A DNA stretch of 64,000 nucleotides from Candidatus Poribacteria bacterium. GTDB taxonomy: Bacteria > Poribacteria > WGA-4E > PCPOR2b. The stretch covers positions 768,001 through 832,000 of the forward strand of contig OZ220744.1 in NCBI GenBank assembly GCA_965116925.1, given 5' to 3'. The notes beneath the pieces are model-generated. The model was given only the letters and a program-made list of their open reading frames with translations. It did not search any database and was not told the DNA's origin. Positions within the stretch are counted from its first letter, which is position 1; the number at the start of each line of letters is the position of its first letter. Below are positions 52,612-61,423 of the stretch, piece by piece. The position numbers and the translations under genes were made by a program.

Positions 52612-53628
52612 TCATTCCCACGGCTTCAGGATCATCTTGCTGTTTTGATGAGACGATGAAATTTCAAAAGCCCGCTGGATCTCGCTCATCGGAACAATGT
52701 GACTAATAAGCAGATCAATCAGCGGCGATTCTTGGATGACTTTCATGATGCCCGGAAAATCGCTGAGGTTGTAGTGCCAGTTGCCGATGATAGTGAGCCC
52801 CTTACGGATGAGGTCTGGACTGACGCGGATTGGCAAATCCTGTCCACATTCTCCGACATAAGCAACCTTCCCCTTGCGCCGTGCTGCATCAATACAGAGC
52901 CGCTCCGCTTGAACGGTCCCGGAGCAGTCCAACGCACAATCCACACCGATCCCATCTGTCAAATCTTTAATTTTCTGAACGATGTCCGGATCGCTTGGGT
53001 CAAGGACTTCCGCAGCACCCATCTGCTTCACGCGATCAACCCGCCACGGCACAGATTCCACAGCGATGACCCGCGCACCTCGAAAACGCGCATTGACGAC
53101 CGCACCAAATCCAACTGGACCGATGCCAGTAATCAGTACGGTATCATAGGCACTTAAATCCATCGTCTGAAACGCGCCAAATGAGGGGCCCAGTGCACAG
53201 CAGGCGAGACCGGCATGTTCATAAGGCACCCCATCTGGAATTTTTGGCAGAATCCAAGAAGGTTTCAGGAGATATTGCGCCATCGTCGCCCGTCCTTCAG
53301 GGGCACCGGTGAACGCTGTAAAATCGTAAGCGTTTTCGCAGTGAATGTAGTCCCCGTCAACGCACAGGTGGCATTTGCCACATGGGTACTGCGGCATCAC
53401 AACCACCCGATCTCCCTCTTTGACCTTTCCCGGCTGTGCCACTGCTACGACCTCTCCCGCTGCCTCGTGTCCGAGGAACTCCGATTTGCCTCCCGACACA
53501 TAGCCCTTGTATTCGGTGCACATCGGTGCCGCATGTACCTTGACGACGGCCCAATCCTCTTTGGGTTGCGGATCTGGAACTTCAGCAATTCCCGCTTGGC
53601 GTTCTCCGAGTATAACTGCTTTTTTCAT
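52612..53628 (-). CDS. Zinc-dependent alcohol/polyol dehydrogenase (MDR)
   Basis: LGHEAAGEV, CGKCHLC..DYIHC, GIGPVG. Confidence 0.92.
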   Translation of the reverse strand: MKKAVILGERQAGIAEVPDPQPKEDWAVVKVHAAPMCTEYKGYVSGGKSEFLGHEAAGEVVAVAQPGKVKEGDRVVVMPQYPCGKCHLCVDGDYIHCENAYDFTAFTGAPEGRATMAQYLLKPSWILPKIPDGVPYEHAGLACCALGPSFGAFQTMDLSAYDTVLITGIGPVGFGAVVNARFRGARVIAVESVPWRVDRVKQMGAAEVLDPSDPDIVQKIKDLTDGIGVDCALDCSGTVQAERLCIDAARRKGKVAYVGECGQDLPIRVSPDLIRKGLTIIGNWHYNLSDFPGIMKVIQESPLIDLLISHIVPMSEIQRAFEISSSHQNSKMILKPWE

Positions 53629-53680
53629 TTCTTTTCTCCTGAGTGTGTTTACTTGTGGTTCACTTAGTCGGTCTCACGAG

Positions 53681-53979
53681 CTAGGGCGTGTTGACATTTT
53701 GAGAATGCTGATTCGGCAAACGCTGTAATCATCGGGGAATCTGACATAAGTAGCGTTTGCGGACGGAGATCACAATCTAACAGATCGTGGTACAAAAGAC
53801 CACTTTTAGGGACTAATGTTTTCAAAAGGAGACTTCCCGATGAAAAACGGAGTTGGGTTTCACTCTATTTGTCTAGAAGCAGATGTCGTTGAACGACGGA
53901 GCCTCTATTGGACTTGGTAGGGATTGGGTTTTAACCGTTCAACCCAACCTACGGGCCGTTAAATGTCAACAGAATCTAG
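53681..53979 (+). mobile_element. MITE family B, complete, CTAG at both ends
   Basis: ctagggcgtgttgaca...tgtcaacagaatctag. Confidence 0.85.
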
Positions 53980-54058
53980 TAAAATTATGATTGGTGTTAT
54001 TTGGCATTATATCAAAATTGGGATGCCATTGCAAGCGGAAACAAAAGACAAAAAAATC

Positions 54059-54087
54059 TTGACATCCCCGCAAACGTCTGTTACTAT
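54059..54087 (+). promoter_or_regulatory. sigma70 promoter of the ileS leader
   Basis: TTGACA-17 bp-TACTAT with extended TGn. Confidence 0.7.
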
Positions 54088-54128
54088 ACTATTTTGTTGG
54101 ACAAAAATCAAACAGGGAGATTTGCACT

Positions 54129-54257
54129 GTGCCATACTCACTATCAATCCACGAATCTATACGCGAGACTGAAAGCCGGAATATACGTCTTTCTATTGAG
54201 ATTATTTCTATTATTATCATTGCGTCTTGCGGTGGTGGGCTGATGGAGACAAAGTAA
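54129..54257 (+). CDS. Ile-rich leader peptide (42 aa) of the ileS attenuator
   Basis: agggaga RBS, GTG start; MPYSLSIHESIRETESRNIRLSIEIISIIIIASCGGGLMETK; 7 Ile in codons 23-31. Confidence 0.82.
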   Translation: MPYSLSIHESIRETESRNIRLSIEIISIIIIASCGGGLMETK

Positions 54258-54284
54258 ACTCGATTACAGCAGTCATAACAATAC

Positions 54285-54330
54285 AAACGCCCACCATCGA
54301 AAACAACTTCGGTGGTGGGCGTTTTTGTTT
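54285..54330 (+). terminator. Intrinsic terminator (attenuator) upstream of ileS
   Basis: 17-bp stem aaacgcccaccatcgaa / ttcggtggtgggcgttt running into a U tract. Confidence 0.85.
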
Positions 54331-54370
54331 GCAGGGCAGTTAATACACATTTTACACACAGGAGAAAAGT

Positions 54371-57300
54371 ATGTTTAAGGATGTACCCAATACAGTAGAC
54401 TTCGTTACCCAAGAGCATCAACTCTTAGACTTCTGGCGCGACAGTGACGTTTTCCACAAACTCCGGGAGCTGCGACAGGAGGGACCTCGCTGGAGTTTCA
54501 TTGACGGACCAATTACCGCCAATAACCCGATGGGTGTCCACCACGCATGGGGTCGGACATACAAGGATCTCTTTCAACGATTCAAAGCCATGCAAGGCTA
54601 TCAGACCCGATACCAGAACGGGTTTGATTGCCAAGGACTCTGGATTGAGGTCAATGTCGAGCGCGACATGGGTTTCAAAGCCAAAAAGGACATTGAGGCA
54701 TACGGATTAGATGAATTTGTCAACGCCTGCAAGCGGCAGGTGCTTCGCCATGCAGCTACGCAGACCGAACAATCTATGCGACTCGGCTACTGGATGGACT
54801 GGAATGATCCGGATCTCTTGCGTGAGCTAGAGCAGAAAATGGCACAGGATCCCTCACAGTCCCTCACCGTAGAGGGGCCGAATGGTCCCGTCACGGATAC
54901 GGTTGAGCAGCTTGTGGGAAGACTCGGATTGCCGGAGTTGGGCGGATCTTACTTCACATTTTCCAACGAGAACAATTACACCATCTGGACGATGCTGAAG
55001 AAATGCTTCGATCGTGGCTGGATCTATAAAGGCACGGATGTCATGCCGTGGTGTTCACGGTGCGATACCGGCATCAGCCAACATGAGATTGTCACCGACG
55101 GATATAGGGAACTAACGCATACCAGTATTTTTCTCCATTTCCCGCTGCGGAATCGTCCTGATGAGAGCCTGTTGGTCTGGACGACGACGCCGTGGACATT
55201 GACAAGCAATGTTGCAGCGGCGGTGCACCCAGATCTGACCTACGCTTTGGTAGAACAGGGCGAGCATCGCTTCTGGTTGAGCAAGGGAGCATTAGAGAAC
55301 GCCATTCAGGGAGATTACCGGATTCTTGAAGAAAAATCGGGTGGCGAATTGGAAGGCTGGACCTATGACGGTCCTTTCGATGAACTGCCAGCCCAACAGA
55401 CCTCCGGCGCAGCTGAGGGGCACCGCGTCATCCTGTGGGACGAAGTTGGTGAAGCGGAAGGTACAGGAATTGTCCACACCGCGCCGGGCTGCGGTGCAGA
55501 GGACTTTGAATTGAGCAAGGAGCAAGATCTCCCTGTTATCGCTCCGTTGGGAGCGGAAGGAATTTATCTCGACGGATTCGACTGGTTGACGGGTCGTCAG
55601 GTCCACACCGTTGCGGAGGACATCTTTGAAAATCTGAAGGAGAAAGGGATTGTCTATCGTCTCGAAGATTACACCCACCGCTACCCGGTATGTTGGCGCT
55701 GCGAGGAGGAGCTGGTCTTTCGCCTTGTGGACGAATGGTTCATCTCAATGGGGGACCAACTGGACAAACCGTATGAACAGGTGACGGAGGCAGAGAAGGA
55801 ACAGAACCTACGCTATCAGATGATGGAGGTTGTCCTCAACGAAACCAAGTGGTATCCCTCGTTCGGACTCGCCCGTGAACTCGACTGGCTGCGGAATATG
55901 CACGATTGGATGATTTCTAAGAAACGCTACTGGGGGTTAGCACTCCCCATCTATGAATGCGATGAATGCAGCCATTTTCACGTCGTTGGGAGTTTGGAGG
56001 AATTGAAGGAACTCGCCGTTGAAGGCTGGGATGAATTTGAGGGACATACACCGCATCGTCCGTGGATTGATGCGGTGAAGATCGCCTGCCCAAGTTGCGG
56101 TGCCGCTGTTTCACGTATCCCGGACGTTGGGAATCCTTGGTTAGATGCTGGTATCGTCAGTTTCAGCACGATGCAATATCGTACCGACCGAGATTACTGG
56201 AGTCAATGGTTTCCCGCCGATCTGATTAGTGAGAGTTTTCCGGGACAATTTCGGAACTGGTTCTATTCGTTAATCGCAATGAGTACAGTGATGGAACGAC
56301 GCTCGCCGTTTAAGCAAAATTTCAGTTATGCGACGTTGTTTGCGGAAGACGGACGTGAGATGCACAAATCTTGGGGCAACGCTATCTGGTTTGATGACGC
56401 CGCCGAGTCAATGGGTGTGGACGTGATGCGTTGGATGTACTGCGCCGCCAAACCGGAGCAGAATCTACTTTTCGGCTACAAGCACTCTGATGAAGTTCGC
56501 CGTCAAGTTCTCATTCCGTTCTGGAATGTGTATAGTTTCCTCGTCACCTATGCGAACGTTGATGGGTGGAAACCAGACGCAAATCTTTGGAAAGAAACGC
56601 CACAAATGTCTGAAAACCCCCTTGATCGTTGGATTCTATCCCGTCTGCAAAGCACAGTTCGTTCGGTAACGGAGCGTCTGGAGGAATATTCGCCCGATGG
56701 TGCCTGCCGCGTTGTTGAGGATTTTCTGGATGATCTGTCGAACTGGTATCTGCGTCGAAGCCGCCGCCGTTTCTGGAAGTCGGAAGCGGATACAGATAAG
56801 GAAGTTGCCTATCAGACATTGTATCAAGTTATGGTGACGACGAGTCGACTATTAGCACCGTTTGTCCCCTTCGTTACCGAATCAATCTTCCAGAACTTGG
56901 TATGTTCGGTTGACGCAGATGCGCCTGAAAGTGTCCATCTCTCCGATTACCCTGAGGTAGAGGACGAACTCGTTGATATATCACTGGAAGACGATATGAA
57001 ACTCGCTCGTGACGTGATCGGTTTGGGACGTGCTGCTCGGAATCAATCGGGGATCAAGACACGGCAACCGATCGGCTGCATCGGGATCGGTGGTATCTCC
57101 GAAAAGGGACAAGCTGCTGTTAATCGTCTGTCCCCACTCGTTTTGGATGAACTGAACGTCAAGGAGATCTCTTACCACGAAGGGATCGACGAGTTTGCGA
57201 GCTACACGATTAAGCCGAATTTCAAGCTGCTGGGACCGAAATATGGGAAAAATGTCCAAGCGATTGCGAAAGCAATGGCAGCAAGGGATGCGCTCACCCT

Positions 57301-57730
57301 CAAGCAGGAGCTCGATGGGAACGGTGAGCTAGAGATTCAGGCAGCGGGTGTAAGTTACAGGCTAGAAAGGGCAGAGGTTGATGTGCAGTCGGAGAACCGG
57401 GAGGGCTACGCCGTTGAGGCAGATGCTCACAAGTTTGTCGCCCTCTCGACCGAATTGACCGATGAACTCATCCTTGAGGGTTTTGCGCGGGAGTTGGTCA
57501 ATAAGATTCAGCAGATTCGGAAGGAAGCTGACTTTAATGTCTCTGATCGGATTTCGCTCAGTTTGGAATCAACGCCAATCGTTCACGAAGCGTTTGACCG
57601 TCACCGTGATTATATCACACACGAGACCTTGGCGTTGCATGTTGTTGAATCGTCAAGTCCGAACGCTTTTCTGAAGTCACAGAAGGTTAATGACGAGGAG
57701 GCAACGATTGGTGTGGAGCAGGTGACGTAA
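54371..57730 (+). CDS. ileS: Isoleucine--tRNA ligase, type 2
   Basis: DGPITAN..GVHH, GFDCQGL, WTTTPWTL, GTGIVHTAPG, DWMISKKRYWG, EMHKS, LSNWYLRRSRRRFW, GFARELVNKIQ. Confidence 0.96.
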   Translation: MFKDVPNTVDFVTQEHQLLDFWRDSDVFHKLRELRQEGPRWSFIDGPITANNPMGVHHAWGRTYKDLFQRFKAMQGYQTRYQNGFDCQGLWIEVNVERDMGFKAKKDIEAYGLDEFVNACKRQVLRHAATQTEQSMRLGYWMDWNDPDLLRELEQKMAQDPSQSLTVEGPNGPVTDTVEQLVGRLGLPELGGSYFTFSNENNYTIWTMLKKCFDRGWIYKGTDVMPWCSRCDTGISQHEIVTDGYRELTHTSIFLHFPLRNRPDESLLVWTTTPWTLTSNVAAAVHPDLTYALVEQGEHRFWLSKGALENAIQGDYRILEEKSGGELEGWTYDGPFDELPAQQTSGAAEGHRVILWDEVGEAEGTGIVHTAPGCGAEDFELSKEQDLPVIAPLGAEGIYLDGFDWLTGRQVHTVAEDIFENLKEKGIVYRLEDYTHRYPVCWRCEEELVFRLVDEWFISMGDQLDKPYEQVTEAEKEQNLRYQMMEVVLNETKWYPSFGLARELDWLRNMHDWMISKKRYWGLALPIYECDECSHFHVVGSLEELKELAVEGWDEFEGHTPHRPWIDAVKIACPSCGAAVSRIPDVGNPWLDAGIVSFSTMQYRTDRDYWSQWFPADLISESFPGQFRNWFYSLIAMSTVMERRSPFKQNFSYATLFAEDGREMHKSWGNAIWFDDAAESMGVDVMRWMYCAAKPEQNLLFGYKHSDEVRRQVLIPFWNVYSFLVTYANVDGWKPDANLWKETPQMSENPLDRWILSRLQSTVRSVTERLEEYSPDGACRVVEDFLDDLSNWYLRRSRRRFWKSEADTDKEVAYQTLYQVMVTTSRLLAPFVPFVTESIFQNLVCSVDADAPESVHLSDYPEVEDELVDISLEDDMKLARDVIGLGRAARNQSGIKTRQPIGCIGIGGISEKGQAAVNRLSPLVLDELNVKEISYHEGIDEFASYTIKPNFKLLGPKYGKNVQAIAKAMAARDALTLKQELDGNGELEIQAAGVSYRLERAEVDVQSENREGYAVEADAHKFVALSTELTDELILEGFARELVNKIQQIRKEADFNVSDRISLSLESTPIVHEAFDRHRDYITHETLALHVVESSSPNAFLKSQKVNDEEATIGVEQVT

Positions 57731-57941
57731 GACATTGCCTCGAAGCGTTGTATTTTCCACTTTACTGGGTTCAATAGATGTTCGCATGAACTCTGGCATT
57801 GATAGCCTGTGCCCTTTAAGATGTTGTTCTCTCCTCATAGAAAAGGTTATCGTTTTCTGTGGTGATATATCGTATTTTGTTTGCGTCGTTGTTAGACATT
57901 TTGCTATCATCTGCTGCCAAAATCAAAGCACTTATTCAACG

Positions 57942-58217
57942 CTATCTTTTATAACTACACTTAACTGCGGAGCCACCGATTATACCTATACCGAGTAAAT
58001 ATCCCAGATCATACCACCAACCGCTATTAATCGTCTCGTAGATGCGGATGTTATCGTTGAAAACCCCGATGATAAGACTTAACCAGCACAGCCAGCCATG
58101 CCAAAGTCCCGACAGAAACCCTGCCGGTTTCTGGTAGGTTACTGCACCATCACCGGGCAAACAACCTGTCACTGTTAAAACCGCCAAAAATGCGACTACC
58201 GCTAAAATCTTGTTCAT
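57942..58217 (-). CDS. Small lipoprotein-like membrane protein
   Basis: Own RBS (aggggga) and ATG 58217; lipobox-like VTGC; PAGFLSGLWHGW, IYETINSGWWYDLGYLLG. Confidence 0.65.
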   Translation of the reverse strand: MNKILAVVAFLAVLTVTGCLPGDGAVTYQKPAGFLSGLWHGWLCWLSLIIGVFNDNIRIYETINSGWWYDLGYLLGIGIIGGSAVKCSYKR

Positions 58218-58514
58218 TGTATTCCCCCTGACTATATGGAAAACTGGAATCCCCACGGTATACATTTGGTTGGATTGATTAGAAACACCAATAAAGTGCT
58301 CCAATGACGAAAGCAACGCCTTAACATCCCCCGGATTGTTCTGCTTGACCTCCTCCACGTAGGGGGCAAAAGCCTCTAAGTGAAGGACATCGCTTTCGGC
58401 AACATACTTGGTCTTTAGATCCTTTTGCTGTAACACATCATGGATAATACGGGAAAGCGTGGACTTGCCTGATCCAGCACCGGGACCGTAGAAGAGGATA
58501 AGTTTAGTTTTCAT
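58218..58514 (-). pseudogene. Truncated P-loop kinase-like fragment in frame with the downstream gene
   Basis: LILFYGPGAGSGKST, then only about 85 more residues. Confidence 0.5.
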
Positions 58515-58517
58515 CTT

Positions 58518-59018
58518 TTAGTGCGGGAGAATCGGCTGGCTAATCGGTTTATCAAAATCGGCGTAACCTGCAAATGCGCCCAGTTTTTCCCCTTCTACCA
58601 AAAACTGCACCTTCTTAATATGACCCAACATCGGTTGAGTTAAGGTGAGAAAAACGGAATCTATCGTCTGTGCTTCACGGATTAAGCCACCTTGGTGTTT
58701 AGATTTAAATTCTTTCGAGAAGTTTACGTAAGCAACTCCATCTTCAATTGATATGGATAAAAGTTTCGTCTCTTTTGGAATAATCGGTTGTAATTCACGA
58801 CCTTTGGGGCCCTTTATCAACTGGTTTAAGACCCACTTTGAACGTTCTTGTTTGTTCTTCGTATTGTATTGCCTCCTCTCAGGAACAAGGGATGCGGTTT
58901 GGTCGTCCAAAAAGTAGACCTGATGTTCTATTAAATGTGATTCTCGATTGCATCCATTCCCCACAAACCCGAATCCAAATGAGATGACAATCAGCATTAT
59001 TACTTTGAGTCTTTTCAT
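58518..59018 (-). CDS. GerMN domain lipoprotein
   Basis: GNGC lipobox-like; VYF..LVPERR; LIKGP; AYVNFSKEF; TLTQ; KVQFLVEGE. Confidence 0.85.
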   Translation of the reverse strand: MKRLKVIMLIVISFGFGFVGNGCNRESHLIEHQVYFLDDQTASLVPERRQYNTKNKQERSKWVLNQLIKGPKGRELQPIIPKETKLLSISIEDGVAYVNFSKEFKSKHQGGLIREAQTIDSVFLTLTQPMLGHIKKVQFLVEGEKLGAFAGYADFDKPISQPILPH

Positions 59019-59099
59019 AGTCTTTCTCCGTAAAATATCTGATGTAATCGACCTTCTATTCTGATGCTAAGTGGGTTCGATCCAACAAATATCAACAGA

Positions 59100-59400
59100 A
59101 CTGATATACATGTCGCCCCGCTGGGGCTTTAAGGTGTTTTTTATTCCGTGTGCTATATACATGTCGCCCCGCTGGGGCTAAATACACCCTTGACGATTTT
59201 CCGTATCTGATGCACATGGCACTCCGCTGGAGTGCAGGGTTTGGAACATATCGCCCTCTACAGACATGTTGCTCCGCTGGAGCAAATGCCAATTCTCATC
59301 CTCGTCCATCGGGTTGGGAAACCCAACCCCTACGAATTCACTCTCCCATTTTCTCTGCCTCTTGCTTTACCTAGGTTTTATGACATGCCGCCCCAGTAAC
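59100..59400 (+). repeat. Array of ACATGTCGCCCCGCTGGGGCT-type hairpin repeats, about 52 bp period, plus one GTAG REP
   Basis: Units near 59108, 59160, 59213, 59263; dispersed copies near 15243, 15295, 15733, 37654, 37703, 45118. Confidence 0.75.
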
Positions 59401-59401
59401 A

Positions 59402-60424
59402 TCATGAGTCGCGTTCGACAGCAATCTCCCGCTTCTCCTCCCAAGATTGTACAATAGCTTCCACAACACGCAACGCCTGCAGCCCATCCCGTCCCGATGG
59501 CAGCGGCGGACGATCATTGAGCAGGTCATCGACAAACGCCTTGACACGCCACGCGAAGGTGCCGTCAAAGGCGAGCTCCTCCATCCGAAAGATGGAGGGA
59601 CGGTATTCCTCGACGACCGAATCCTCACGCCGCATCAGAGTTGCGAGACTGAGCACATTATCCACGACAATTTCCGCATCTGATCCACAGATTTCGAGGC
59701 GTTCGATGGGATGCGTGAAATCACTATCCCAACTGGCGAGCAGCGAGGCGACAGCGTCGGTCTCATATCGTGCAGAAATTGCCATACTTGTCCAGCACGG
59801 ATCCTCATCAGGGTTTGCCTCTTTGATGCGCGGATGTGCCATCTGCGAGCAAACCGCGACGATTTCACCACCGAACCAGCGCAACAGATCAATGGCGTGG
59901 GTCTGAAGTTCGTACAGCAGATAGTAGGGGCCCTTCCATGTCGAAACCGGTCCCCCCTGCGATAACTTCATGTCGATGTACGCGATCTGTCCACAGGCAC
60001 CGCTATTAAACCATTCCCGCGCCTTTGCATATCCGGGTGCAAAGCGTCGGTTGTAGTCAATGGCGAGATGCACGCCTTTCTCGTCCGCTTTTGCGACCAT
60101 CTGTTCCGCTTCGTTAATGTCAAGCGACAACGGTTTCTCGCACATCACATGCTTCCCTGCCTCTAAGCATTCGATAACCGGCTCAAAATGCAGATGGTCA
60201 GCTGTAACAACATCAATCGCGTCACACTCTTCGTTCGCTACCAGCTCCTGAATTGACGGATACCAATTGGGGACGTCGAGCTCATGCGCCCGGTTTTTCG
60301 CTTTTTCTGCATCAATATCACAAACAGCGACGAGTTCCGCTTGGGGGTGTTCGAGGTATCCGAGCTGGTGTCGCATTCCAATGCCACCACAACCCACTGC
60401 TGCCACTTTCAGTTTTTTAGACAT
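59402..60424 (-). CDS. Gfo/Idh/MocA oxidoreductase
   Basis: VGCGGIG, GKHVMCEKPL, YNRRF, HAIDLLRWFGG. Confidence 0.93.
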   Translation of the reverse strand: MSKKLKVAAVGCGGIGMRHQLGYLEHPQAELVAVCDIDAEKAKNRAHELDVPNWYPSIQELVANEECDAIDVVTADHLHFEPVIECLEAGKHVMCEKPLSLDINEAEQMVAKADEKGVHLAIDYNRRFAPGYAKAREWFNSGACGQIAYIDMKLSQGGPVSTWKGPYYLLYELQTHAIDLLRWFGGEIVAVCSQMAHPRIKEANPDEDPCWTSMAISARYETDAVASLLASWDSDFTHPIERLEICGSDAEIVVDNVLSLATLMRREDSVVEEYRPSIFRMEELAFDGTFAWRVKAFVDDLLNDRPPLPSGRDGLQALRVVEAIVQSWEEKREIAVERDS

Positions 60425-60436
60425 GTTTTGTCCTTT

Positions 60437-60713
60437 TATAGTAGATTTTAGAATTAATGAGACACTCCAAATCGGCGCAGTTGAAAACAGCGCCTACCCA
60501 ACATGGGGAGCGAAAGTGTTCATTTATTTTTTGAATTCACTTAGGAGTTACGCACTTCAGTAGGGAACGCAGATCTGCGTTCCCTACGGACTCCTTATGG
60601 TGCCTCTGCTGTGGTTGCCCGATGAATCGGGCATTAGAAATCGCGTCCATCGGCGATAAATCGCCGAACTACAGAACTCTGAGTGTTCAACTGTGTAAGT
60701 TCTATTCACTATA
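60437..60713 (+). mobile_element. MITE family E with family F inserted in its right TIR
   Basis: F at 60542-60704 with TSD ttcact, inverted relative to the other F copies and with different cargo. Confidence 0.87.
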
Positions 60714-60876
60714 AGTTATACAAACGTGAAACGTGAAAACATTTTGTCTGAATTGCGGATTAACTGGATTGATAGGATTGATGATAGCCGATGGCTGTTA
60801 ATCTTGAGTATCCTTGAATCCTGAAAATCCTGATTCTGACAAGTGTCTACCAACTTAATGAATCATGCTAATAATA

Positions 60877-61100
60877 ACCTAAGTTGCTAGGTGTTGTTCC
60901 GGTGTTTGTCTGAATTGTGAAACGAAGCGTAATAGGTAATGCGGGGCTCGCAGATTAGGCAATCTGCGCCACGATTGGGATCATTTGCACGACTGCTGGG
61001 ATTCTATAACATAGCCCAAGTCGTTAGAATCAGACAGAAACCGAGTTTTGAAGAAAAAACTCGGTTTACAGTGCTTGGTCTATCAACTAGCAACTTGCGT
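60877..61100. mobile_element. MITE family C (TSD aataata)
   Basis: acctaagttgctag...ctagcaacttgcgt; interior unrelated to the 44783 copy. Confidence 0.85.
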
Positions 61101-61138
61101 AATAATAACATATCGCAAGTTTAGATGATACAAGTTTC

Positions 61139-61264
61139 TAGGTTCATTTAATTCTTCCGTAGCTCGATGTCTTGGTTAACGCAAGGGCGGGGAGACCAGA
61201 TGCCCCGCCTACGGGTTCGGGTCGTTCCAAAATCAGTCAAAAACCCAAAAACTAAATGACCCTA
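61139..61264. mobile_element. MITE family D (126 bp, 9-bp TSD acaagtttc)
   Basis: taggttcatttaa...ctaaatgacccta; REP inside; single copy in window. Confidence 0.78.
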
Positions 61265-61281
61265 ACAAGTTTCTGAGTCCC

Positions 61282-61310
61282 TTGATCCACCACAATAATT
61301 GTGCTATAAT
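61282..61310 (+). promoter_or_regulatory. Putative sigma70 promoter
   Basis: TTGATC-17 bp-TATAAT with extended TGn. Confidence 0.6.
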
Positions 61311-61423
61311 GTTAATTGAGCTGGCATACAGATATGTGAATACCCCAATATACCCAACATAAATCCGATTCGTCAAACCCGAAAAAACTGTATTCTACAT
61401 CTCATCGCAGCTCCATTGAGATC

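Noticed and set aside
54090..54330. T-box riboswitch
   Set aside because: No TGGNACC T-box bulge recognised; the leader-peptide model fits better
59100..59290. CRISPR array
   Set aside because: Repeats differ by compensatory changes, the same units are dispersed elsewhere, and no cas genes or leader are present
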